Shown in pieces: positions 13,501 to 25,500 of a stretch of DNA of 64,000 nt. Numbering within the stretch: the first letter of the stretch is position 1; every line of letters begins with the position of its first letter. The notes beneath the pieces are model-generated. The model had not been told where the DNA came from, ran no database searches, and worked only from the letters and a program-made list of their open reading frames with translations. The stretch covers positions 163,062,001-163,126,000 of the forward strand of contig CM059425.1 of the NCBI GenBank assembly GCA_030390025.1. Direction: 5' to 3'. A program made the translations under genes and the position numbers. The DNA comes from Squalus acanthias (Eukaryota).

Positions 13501-16500
13501 TGTCTAAGCAGTCACAGCAGGGAAAGTGAGCAGCCTGCCTCTACCTCTGCTGAAGCCACAGGGGTTGCACCTCATTAGAAGCACTCGGAAAAGAAAAATG
13601 ACACAAACGTAGATGCACAAGGGTATGCACATGTGTGTATGAAAAAATAATAGTGTTAAGTTTGTTATTTTGATGACAGATATTTTTGCCTGCTACCTTG
13701 GAAGTGGCTTTGTCACCTGGAGTGAATGGTGAGACATTACTTTACCTCGAGTATTGGGGGTTTGGGCGAGAGGAATGGCTTGGTCATTGTAGGGATGCTT
13801 TATGGTGTTGTTGGGGGGGGAGAAAGAGAAACTTAGTACAGCATGTGGCAGCCATATGGGTGCATTGGAGCAAGTTAAGTAAATCTGGCCATGAGGAGGC
13901 CATCCTGGGCAGCAATGTGCGCCGCTGCTGGTGCCATCTCCACCTCGGGTTCCTTCTCCTGCTCATGTTCCACCTGTTCCTCCTCCTCCGAAGAGGCTGT
14001 GTGCTCTGCGCCTTGCTCCTCCTACAGCTCCAATCTTCACTGCTGCGCTATGTTGTGCAGCACGCAATGATGATTCTGGAGATCCTGGCTGGTGCATACG
14101 GAAGGGCTCCTCCAGATCTGTCAAGGCATCTGAAGTGCATCTTCAGCATGCCTACTGCTTGCTCTATGACACATCTGGTGGAGATGTGGCTTTCATTATA
14201 ACGCTCCTTGGCCTCAGTACTTGGTATCCTCTAGAGTGTCATGAGCCACGTCTTCAGTGGATAGCCCTTGTCTCCAAGCAGCCAGCAAGTCTGTTTGGAG
14301 GTGTGAAGAGCTGAGGGAGGGTGGACTGGCGCAGGATGAAAGAGTCATGACAGCTGCCAGGGAATCTGTTGCACACATGCATGATGATCTTTTTCTGGTT
14401 GCAGACGAGCTGCATATTGAGGGATTGAAAGCCTTTGCGGTTCACAAACACTCCTGGGTGATGAGGGGGGGGCCTTCATGCCACGTGTGCAGTCGATGAC
14501 ACGCTGCAACTGTGGGAAGTCAGCCAGAGCTGCAAAGCCGAGCGACCACTCAGTAACACTGGCTTCATCTGCGGCAAAGTTCACATAATTGGCTGATTTG
14601 TGAAACATGGCATCGGTCACCTGGGTGATGCATCTGTGGGCGGCCGACTGCGAGATCATGCAAACGTCTGTTGCAGATCCCAAGAAGAAGCCTGAGGTGA
14701 AGAAGTTGAGGGCGGTGGTGACTTTGACAGCCACTGGCAAGGTGTCCCCCCCAGGACCACTGGGCAGCAGGTCTTGTTCCAGCAAGCTACAAATGTCTGT
14801 GACGACCTGGTGGGATAGCCTGAGCCTCCTGTAGCAGTGCTGCTCAGTCATGTTGAGGAAGCTCATCCTCTGCCTGTATACCCTGTGTTGGGGGTATTGC
14901 CTCCAGCACACTGCAGCCCTGTGGTGCCCCCCTCTCTCCTATGGAGCATCAGGTTGTTGAGGAGACGGCTGCTGTTGTGGCTGCTGCTGCTGGTGGTGGG
15001 GCTCAACTTGGTCCGATTCTGAGGACCAAGGTGAGACAGTATAAGCGGCACCCATGCTGATGTAGTAGATGGCAGGTAAAGTGGAGATCAGAGGGCCAAT
15101 CCCTCAAAGTTCTGATACGGAGTAGCAATGTGGTGAGAGCGGCTTCCGAGGTTGCAGAAATGACCTGCAAACTGCTGACACCTAAATCTGTGGACAAAAT
15201 GGAGTCAGCAAGAGCCTTTCCATGAGGCAAGTAATGAGGGAGTATTTATGTGCTTTTCCCAGCTCTCAATGAATGGACTCGCACAATGGCCACTGAGCCT
15301 ACCCCTCCCTCCCCTTCACAGGCGAGGTTCCCGGGCTGCGTGAATCCCGTGCTACTGCAGTAAAAGTCAAAAGCTGGTGTTAAAAACTGTCTTAAGGGTC
15401 TCTCAACAAGCAGTTAATTAGTTAAATGAGGTTGCCCGCCTCTGCCAATTGGGTCCGTGGCACGCCTTCAAAGCTGCCAGAGTTAAATGCGTGATGCGGC
15501 AGGATCCCTCAACGCACTGGCAATTTTGGGGATTTTTACTGCCGACCTGTCCCCAAACCTGCACGCTCGACAACGGGAAAATTCTGGCCCTTGTCTTGAG
15601 ATGACACTCAATGGAGTCCCATTCTGTGAATGTGGTCCTTGAGAATAATGAATCTGGCGACACTGGCATTTTATAATGTGGGGAAGATAGAATTGTATCA
15701 CAAAGACTGAGGAAGGTCTTTGAAGTACAGGGTTAAGATGTAGAGTTTTTATGCAGTATGGGGAAGATTTCCTACTGCATAGTTTTCCAGGATCTGCCTT
15801 TTCTCCTGGAGTCAGGGAATATGAGGGAGCTATTGGGGGGAGGGGGGTATACTGAACGCTTCTGGATTTGTTTGGTAGGTAATTAAAAAGGGAATGCAAA
15901 AATATTTGTACATTTTATGACAATTTACTTGCTGGACTGGATGTCAGCTTATATTCCTACCACTAAATGTTTCTGAAAATAGACTATTTTATTATTTAAA
16001 AAATAAAATGTTATTAATTTAAAAGAAAAATCACCCAAGTTGGTGACTTGAATATTCTGGGCTGATTAAGTACATTTCAGACCCATAGGTTAGGCTGATT
16101 TGTTATGAATAGAGGAGGCGGCTTCTCTTGGTGCCTTGTCAGCCATATAACTCACAGTTCAACTGGTACCACTTTTTGAAAATATTCCCTGCCCTTGATA
16201 ATTGGCTGAAAAATGGAAGACTGCTGTTACATTAGGCAGGATGTAAATTTAGAGTTGTGATTCTCCTTGACGCAAGCTCCTGATCGTGGGCAATGTAAAG
16301 CAAAAAACCCAGGTTGCTTCTTCACAGGGTGGAAGACAAAGTTGAAGGGTCAGTCACCCAAACCTCTTGACACACCCTGTAAAACTGGTAGAAGTGGGAG
16401 AACAGGTTTATATTCCACCCGTTTAGCTACACGTGGGAAAAAGTAGGGAGGAAAATAAAATAACATTTGGATGACGAGAAGAGATGTTTAAAAGTACTGT

Positions 16501-19500
16501 ATTACACTCGGGGTTCAGATATTCATAAACATCTTTCTCAAATTAAACAGCCATGCAACATTTCCAACTATTTTATTTTCTAGAACAAAAGTTCTTAATT
16601 TTCTTTACTGAAAATGAAAACTGGCCTTAGCCACACTTTATTGAGAAGTCGCACAACACCAGGTTATAGTCCAACAGTTTTATTTAAAATTACGAGCTTT
16701 TGGAGCTGCTGCTCCTTCGTCAGGTAGAGGTACAGTGCTCTGTACAGAGGTACAGTGCTCTGTACAGAGGTACAGAGCACTGTACCTCTACCTGACGAAG
16801 GAGCAGCAGCTCCGAAAGCTCGTAATTTTAAATAAAACTGTTGGACTATAACCTGTTGTGCGACTTCTCATTTTTGTCCACCCCAGTCCAACACCGGCAT
16901 CTCCGCATCATGAACACTTTATTGATGCACACATCAATTTACAGAAACTAGAATATGATGCAGTCCTACAAATTCTCATTAGATGTCTTCAGTGCTCTTT
17001 AAAAATCCTGCACTGAATTTACTAAGTGAACAGGTGCCACCCAAGGGCAGAAAAGAGCCTTTTTAAAAAGTGCTATTATATCAAAAGATCTAGGAAGGGT
17101 GGAAAACATCAAACCTGCTTTAAAATTAGAAATGACCAAGAAAGCTCAATTGTTCTATTAAGGGAATATCTAGCAACAAGAATCAAGCTTCTAGTCACAA
17201 GATTCAGAGTGCAGTAACAAATAGGGCTTAGTAATTTGAACAAGACAGGAAAACCTTCACTTGTGGTATGTGTGTATCATCACACCAAAGGCAGCCATCA
17301 CTAAAAAACTTAAAATTTACAGTTGCAGTTAATTATGAAATCCTTACCGTACTGAGTGAGAGTGCAAGCAGTGCTAATCGGAGCAGACTTGACAATTTGC
17401 CATTCATATCGCCTTGCTGCGAAGATAGTTGCAATCCTTGTCTGTAGCACATCTCTGCAGCTACCATCAAACCCTGAGATTTATATACTTCTGCCAGCCA
17501 CTAGGGGGAAAACAGACATTAAAAGATGAACATAGATTGCTGTCTGTTTAACTCAAATATTCCACTGGTGATTTTGATTGAATAGCATTAGGTGCTGTGT
17601 TGTGGTCAATCAGGTTCTGAAATGCTTCTGAAATATAACAGAGTCTAGATGGGAGAGTACATTTGTATGATCAAAACAGGTGACTGTGAATCTGTATGTG
17701 CTAACTGTAGTCTTTAAGTGATGTTTCAATTATACATTTTCTTCAGTGAAATTCTGGGTTATACTCAGGTATCATTTCCTGTAAATTGTATTAAAAATAC
17801 AACTCAAGCTCTCCAGCATTTAAAATTCTTGATAAAAGGTAAACTAAGAAATGTTACCAATATGCACAAAAACTCCACCCAACGATATACGTCATGCAGT
17901 TTCTATTTTCAAAAACACAGTTTTGAGTTTGAGGTGAAGGAAAGCAGTTGTGCTGGATGAAAGAATTTTCCATTCTAAGTACTCGGTCAGCATTAAGCAC
18001 TCGCAAGTCTAGTAAAGCACAGCCCCCGGATGAAGAATAATGAAATTAGGGTCCAAAGGGAAATCACTTAAAAGTTTGGCTGGAAACTAACTGAGTCTAA
18101 CTTATTGAGATCGGAAATCAATGTTACAGAAGTGGGCATGATTTCTAGATTGCCTCACCTCTAAAATATATTAGTCTGAAATAGAAAATCCAGAGCCGAT
18201 TTGGGGGGTGGGGTGGGAGGGGGAGGAATGTGCCTGTCCAGGGACTCCATTGGTGACCCTGCCAAATTTAGCACTAATTTTAATACAATCAAGTGGGTAT
18301 CTGCACCATATGGGGCACATCTTGGGCGCCCACCAGCCCCAAGAGACCACAAACTGATTGGAATATTTCTAAATACACAGTACAATGCATTCACTAACTA
18401 TTACACAGAATATACAGCACAGAAACAGGCCATTCGGCCCAACCAGTCCATGCCGGTGTTTATGCTCCACTCGAGCCTCTTCCCATCCTTCCTCATCTAA
18501 CTATCAGCATAACCCCTTTGAGCTTCTTAATCAAGTTTAAAAGTAACAGATGACAATTCTTAAAGATGGTTCTCAGAATGTTCATTTGCAAAAGAAACCA
18601 ATTATTGAATACAGAATACTTTGAGGTTTAAAAAAATGCTGATGGTTTAAATTAAGGATATTTTTATCTGGAATGCGGTGTCCAAGGAACATATTGAAAA
18701 GCATGGAAATGTTTTTAAATTACTGACCTGAAACTAGTGCTCAGACAGCCATAACAACAAATCAAACTAAAGAAAGGACTATTACAGCAACACACAGCCA
18801 CAACACAAAACATACATGCCAAGCTGTTACTGATGTGAAGTTCGACATCACTGCCTTCTTTAGCTCTTCTAAAACCATATCTGGAAGCTGCTGGTGTGAA
18901 AGCAAGAGCTGTTCACATTGAACCTGTCTCAGCAATAGGAATACCACAGGGTGATCTGGGTGTCTCTTCAGAACCTAAAATAAAGGAGCCCGTCAATAAA
19001 TCACAAAGCATTTTTTTTTCTATAAAAACACCTTCAATCTGTACACTCCCTCTCTCCCTTCAAAACCCTCCTTTAACCTCTTTGAACAAGCTTTTAGTCA
19101 CTCCTCCTAATATCTCTTTATTGGGCTCAGTGTTGAATTTTGTCCAATTACACTTCTGTGAAGCACCTTGGAATATTTTCCTACATTAAAAGTGTTATCC
19201 AAATGCAAGTTGTTGTTGTTACATTAAATCATAAAGCAACTTTCAGTAGTTGAATTCTAGATGTTGACAGGAAATGTCAAGTCTCTAGATCTGAAACTGC
19301 ATACCAAAAATTTCACTGGTGTGGTGGCAGTAATGACTGAATAAAACGGCTCCCCAGGTCACTGTACACAAGATGACAGATCTGACAATGGAGTATAGTT
19401 ATTTTCAACTTGAAATTCTTTAAAAAGTTTTTAAAAACTTTAAGGAAATACATTGGAATCTTTTGGCCTGAAGATTAATACAGCCACCACCCTGCACAGT

Positions 19501-22500
19501 AATAAATGAAACTGTTGCATATATTAAAGTTTCTGTTTGAATTATACAGTACTTTAGTGCAGAATGCTTCAGCTTCAGAGTGCCTGCCCATTTCTTTTAG
19601 TCCAGTTGCAGCCTGTTGCAGAGACCAGTTCTCTAGGGATCGAAGATAGAGAGCTGGTATGGTCTTCTCTGTTTCCACTATAAAATAATAAAAATATTAA
19701 AATTATATGCCAAACAGAACTTCTCACCCTCAAATTAAGAGCAATATAAAAATGTAATAATTAACTACGCATTATAATGAGGGTGTTCTGAATATTTCCC
19801 TTATTTTAGCAGGAAACTAAGCAATAGCACGATATCAGATATAACAGGCTAACGTAGAAGACAACAGAAATATTTACAAATAGTATACATGTTATAACCA
19901 GTAAGCATGCTAGGGAGCCAGATGAGAGTGGCATTGGAGAAGTCAAATCTTAATTAAAGGTTATAAAAGTATGACGAAGGATTTCAGCATCAGTGAGGGC
20001 GAGGTAAGAGCAGAGCTAGGCAACGCCATGGAGGTTGAAGTAAGCAGTTTTAGTGATAGATTGGATTTGAAGCTCAGCTCAGAGTATGTGGAGTACTAAA
20101 ATGAAAGAGATGAATCCTTATAGGCAACCTACCATGTAAATGGAAGTTGTAAAATGCACTTACCTTTTGCTGTGATTGCTGTAACAAATAGCTCCTCTAA
20201 TGCAGTTTGCTTTGGTTTTATATCTTTTAAATGTGATAATGTTTTTTCTATGTGACAGGCTGCCATTAAACTGGCCCACACAGCAGGATCATCTGCAAAA
20301 TAAAAGCAAGTGCAGTATATAAAAAAAAAAACACAATTACTTAAGTCTCAGTAAGTATCAGGCAACATCATTCATTATGTTTTCATGCTACAACATATAG
20401 TATAGCAGAATGATGGTCTACCTTACTGTTGTTTTGATTTCTAAAACATAGAAATACTAAGGTCATTATCTTAATTTTAATTTTACATTTAATGGCAACA
20501 AAAGGCGATGGTTTTTAGAAACCAAAATGTTAGTCAAGCCATCCTTATTATTTCAGTTTTCCACTTGGTAAGTTTGTTCAATCGAATATCACTAGCCTTA
20601 TTGTTAGAAATTTGGCCAATTAGGATTTATCTGCAATAATGTTTATTTTGTACTATTAAGGTAGTTGAACAGCCATTTAATGGTTAAGGGCATTACTAGA
20701 GTGGCGCATGAAATTAAGGAAATTAAGCACAGCAGTGAATGCAAACAGCCTGATTTCACAGACACGGTCATTTCTGGATTTTGAAAAGAGAGACAATTAG
20801 TAAATTATAATTCAAGGTTTAAAAATTATGTGCATTGTTTGCATTTGTGGTTTGTATTGAAAATTATATTTAAATGACTTTCTTGGTTAGTTATAATCTT
20901 CTTTACGCTTGTAACAATTGAAACAATTAAACCTCAAAAGGGCCAACCAGCAGAAAAAAAGGACAGTTACCATTGTTTACAGGTACTGGATACAATCTGT
21001 TGGGCCTGAATTTGGATAGCAGCCAGAAGGCCTTGAAGCAGGCAGCCATAAGTCTTTTGCAGTCCAGACTGAGTGTTCAGGATGCTTTTTGCCTCCCAGG
21101 ATAGGGTAAAGGGCATTTTTGAAAAACTGGAAGTAACTATGGAAGGGGAGGGAGAGTTGCCAATTGTCATGGTCTACAAGGGAGCCAACAATATATGAAA
21201 GGAAAGGCCTGAAGTCCTGCAAAAGGAGTGAAGGAAGTAGGTTAATGAACAGGACTTCATCAGTGGTAATCTCCAGATTACTCCCCCAGACACATGCTAG
21301 AACAGGGACAGATAGGAAGATTGGGGAGCTCAACTTTTGGCTAAAGGTGTGTTGTCAAAAAGAGGGTTTTCTGTTTTATGGGACATTGGCACCAGTTTTG
21401 TGGACGATGGGAGCGATTCCACAAGGTGGCTACATCTGAACAAGGAAGCAAGCTACACAAAGTAGCAAAATAGATAAACAGGGAAGTGAGCAGTGATTCA
21501 AGCTAGCAAGGAAAGGCACAGGGAAAAAAAGCAAAGTAGAGAGGGGAGGTAAATATATAATTCATCGTCACTGGGTCAAATTCCTAGAACTCCCTCCCTA
21601 ACAGCAGTGTGGGAGTATCTTCACCACACGGACTGCAGTGGTTCAAGGCAGCGGCTCACCACCACCTTCTCAAGGGCAATTAGGGATGGGCAATAAATGC
21701 TGGCCTTGTCAGTGAAACCCACATTCCATGACCGAATATAAAAAAAAAAATAATTAAAAAAAGGATAACATGTAGAAGGAATAAAGGGAGTAGAAAAGGC
21801 AAATCAAATTGATCAGTTATAAGCAGAGAAAAGACTAAGATAAAGAAATGAGCTGTTAGCTTGGGACAAAAATCAAGGAAAAAGGAGTAGCATTAAATAC
21901 AAAGAAAAAAGATGTAGTGCAATGCTTAGAGTGTGGAAAATAAACTGGGGGAATCTGAAGCAATTACATCACAGGGAGATACAGATTTAATAGCACGAAC
22001 AGAAACTTGGCTGCAAACTGGGCAGGAGTGGAAAATAAATATATTGGTTTGTAATATTTTTAGGCAGGACAGAATAGGTAAAAGAGGAGCAGTGCCAATA
22101 TTCATGAAGGATGAAATATATGCTGCAGAGAAGATTGATGCACACATCAGTGGGCAAAAAAGTGGCAGATGGAATTCAAGGTCAGTGAAGGCAGTACATT
22201 TTTTTTTAAAAGTAGTAATTGGGAGAAGGCTGGGTGATGTGGAAGAGCAGTGGGATTTGGGGATCAGGTTCACAAGTCATTGTGAAGTAATTCACAAGGC
22301 AGCACCTCTAGTAGATATGGCTATTTGAAAGAAGCTAATTGTATATTGGAAGAATGTTGAGGCAATAGAGATGGTACAACGCAGGTTCACTGGGGTGCTG
22401 CCCAAATTTCCCTCTAATAATTTTTTGGGCTGCACGGTCCATTCAAGAATCCACACATGCGCGGTCTTTGCATTTAAAACCGGTGAGCCGGCTGCGCGAG

Positions 22501-25500
22501 AGCTCCACAGCGCTGCACAGCTTAAACAGAACATTTATGCTGCCTGGTATGAAGCAATAGAAATATGAAGAAAGATTTCAAAAATTGGGACTGTTTTCAT
22601 TGGAACAGTTACAGGGTGATTAGATAAAGGAGTTTAAAATTATGAAGGGATGGAAAAGAGTAGATAGAAATAGACCATTTCCAATGATTGGGATGTCTTG
22701 AATAATGGGACATGGATATAAGATTAAATGTAAGAGATTTAGGGCCGAGAGTAGGAAAAATAAATTTTTAGACAAAGGTTGTAAGACTATGGAATGCATT
22801 GCCAGTGTTAGTGACTGAAGCAGAGGCCATGTCAATGTTTTGGTTCGATAGGTGGTTGAAGAAAAGTGGTTTACGGGAATAGGACAGGCAGATGGGTTTC
22901 GGACTGCGCTCGCACGGAGGATAAACACCAACGGAGTCTGGCTGTGCTGAACACCGTGTTGTAATTTCTATGTAATTCTGTGATACTATTGCTAGATTGA
23001 AACCAAATGATGTTGGCTGATGTGGTAACCTGTTGCCTCAGCTGATTCAATTCCAACAATGCTTGGTGGAGGGTGGCTGCTCATCAGTCAGCACTAGAAA
23101 TCTTTAAATAACTCGTGTGACACCATGCTTAATACTGAGCTCATGGTCAAGGTGTTCAGTGTCAAACAGACCAATAACCAATACTCAGTGACAATCAGCA
23201 CTGATAACAGAACCAAAGATGTGGAGTCATTGGAACATCTAGTGGACTATCTGAGGGCTTATCAGGTTTTCCTGAGACTGGTAATCTTGGTAGATTAGTG
23301 TCAATTTTGTTTCAAATTTACCATGAGGATCCTAAGTTTAATGTTTGCAGATTTGTTTTTGCAAAATTGCCTTACAATAATGTAGAGTGTCTCGCTGAAC
23401 CTTCAATAAAGATGAAGCCAATTAGCATATCAAGTAGCTCATGAAGCCAGATGAAGGGTGACATGAAGATTTCATGACTAACTGGATATAGAAAAGAATA
23501 CCCGAAGCTAATAAAAACAGAAAAAAAATGGTGGGCAGAGAGAAACTATATTATATGGATCGTGCTGTTCTACTGTCAAAATGTCTTGAATGTAATGGAA
23601 AATCTCCTCTTTGGTGACGTATGAATATTTAACACATTTGGGGGTGGGGGGGAAGGAATCATTTTTTGCTTTAATTTCTTACCTGGATACAGATGGACTG
23701 CCTTTTGGATAGTTTTTAATGCATTATTCTTTTTATCGTCTGCTGCATGTTTACCTGCTGCCAACTGATTTACAGCACTGAACAAAAGAGCATTCTAGAA
23801 GAGAAAAAAACAAATTTAAGGCACAAAATCCCTAAACCATGAATGTTTCATGTTAAGCTGTTTGACTTAAAAGCATAAGAGTTTTGTTTGGTAACATTAC
23901 AAGTTACAATTGGTGATTTTAGTCTGAAAAATAAACATGACTAGCAGCATAAATACTGCTTTTGTTTGAATTTACCTTTGTATGAGGAGAACTTAGAATC
24001 TGTGCAATATTGCCAGCCACTGCACCACCCTACAAAGAGAAAGCTTTGTTTGAGAAGGGCAATGTACTGTTTCTGATCATATCACTATACAAAATTAAAA
24101 CTACATTATATCAAAGTTCTTAGCAGTTCAATTCAAATACCTTTTTCTCCCCCAAGAGTTTTACAAACTGATGAACTATTGTACATTTGTTTATAAAGTA
24201 TTTGCAGGAACATATCTTAATACGAAGAGTGTATTGTTACAGCTTATACGCTATTATCAGTGTTACATGCTTTAGAGCAGGAGGTATTTCTGACTGTGGC
24301 CATGGGGGGAGGTAGTGGGGGTGGGTTACTGTTCTTGCAGTGCCTGGAAGGATGAGGGAATCTTCCTTCATTTATGGGTGTGGTGAGCTGCTTATTGGTG
24401 AAGGGGGAAATCGAGTTGTATAGGCCTCAAGGAAGAGGACCCAAACAACCTGGTAGTTCTTCAGCAGAGACTGAAGTCCACTCACTATAACTGGCATTAC
24501 TGTTCTTCTTATATGCTTGTGACTGGGGGAGAATTGTGCTTCATCACAGATGTTGACAGGGCCCATAGCTTTACTATAATCAGCATTCCTGAGAGTTTTC
24601 TGATGTGCCAAGGACTGACAGACCTATTGGAATCTTCCAGTGATGAACAGATTAGCAGAATTATGGTGACTGTGGGTACTTCTGGATCCCTTTGGGGTGC
24701 GCGGTGTTTGTGAAGGGCAAGTTGTACATAGAGGTCGGTTAGAAGACTTCGGCCTCCACGTCTAGTTATGAATTTTGCGAGGACGCTATACTTCAAGCCA
24801 CAATTCCTCAAGGAAAAAGCTAATATACAATGCGTGTCGTATCTCTCCCTTTACACGTGCTTTTGCTACTGTAATAGTTAGCAACTAGTGCACATCATAT
24901 TAGAGCATTCCAACCTCTGTACAAGTAGATTACATAAGTCCCTAATGTTATACCTGCCCATTCAAATCACATTGTTCTGTGTCTTCCTACTGATCTGTTA
25001 CCATCAACTTTTCCAGATAGCACCAATCTTAAGATTCCTTGTGACTCCCAAATAATTTACCTAAAGTACGTCATCTTTCTCATCATAAGTAGCCTAATGA
25101 GATGCATGAAAATACAAGAAATTCTCCTGCTAGTAATGTATTAGAAAAAAACATATGCGCTCTGGCAATAGGATTTTAAACAAAATATAGACTACTTACT
25201 TCTGCCTTTTGGGGAGTATGTTGAGGAACAAGTCTGGATAATAATGTCCAAAGGGCAGGATCAGCTGGATTGCTGGGGGAGAATGTTTTTAAAATTTGTA
25301 ATAAAGTTATAATTTTTTCAATTAACCTACAAATACACCTTTTGAAAAAGTGTTTAGACTACATGATACCGAGATCTGTAAGGAGCACCAAGAGTCCCCC
25401 AAATCATTGTTTACAGGGGTTAGTCCAAACATTTCAAAATTGAGACCACTTGTCACAGCAACAAGAAGTGGGTAAAATAAAGCTTGTATGTAGAATCTAC

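Larger units (their letters stand above)
11446..15589. mobile_element. PIF/Harbinger DNA transposon, full-length, decayed
   Basis: TIRs GGCCGGAATTTT / AAAATTCTGGCC, 3 bp TSD CTT, convergent Myb/SANT gene (+) and DDE transposase (-). Confidence 0.9.

Noticed and set aside
13900..15055. Domesticated HARBI1 or NAIF1 host genes
   Set aside because: Frameshifts, flanking TIRs and TSD, and intronic location indicate a decayed transposon.
22393..22537. Possible hAT-like MITE (TTCCCTCTAA...CTTAAACAGAACA)
   Set aside because: Termini are too degenerate and no clear 8 bp TSD is visible.
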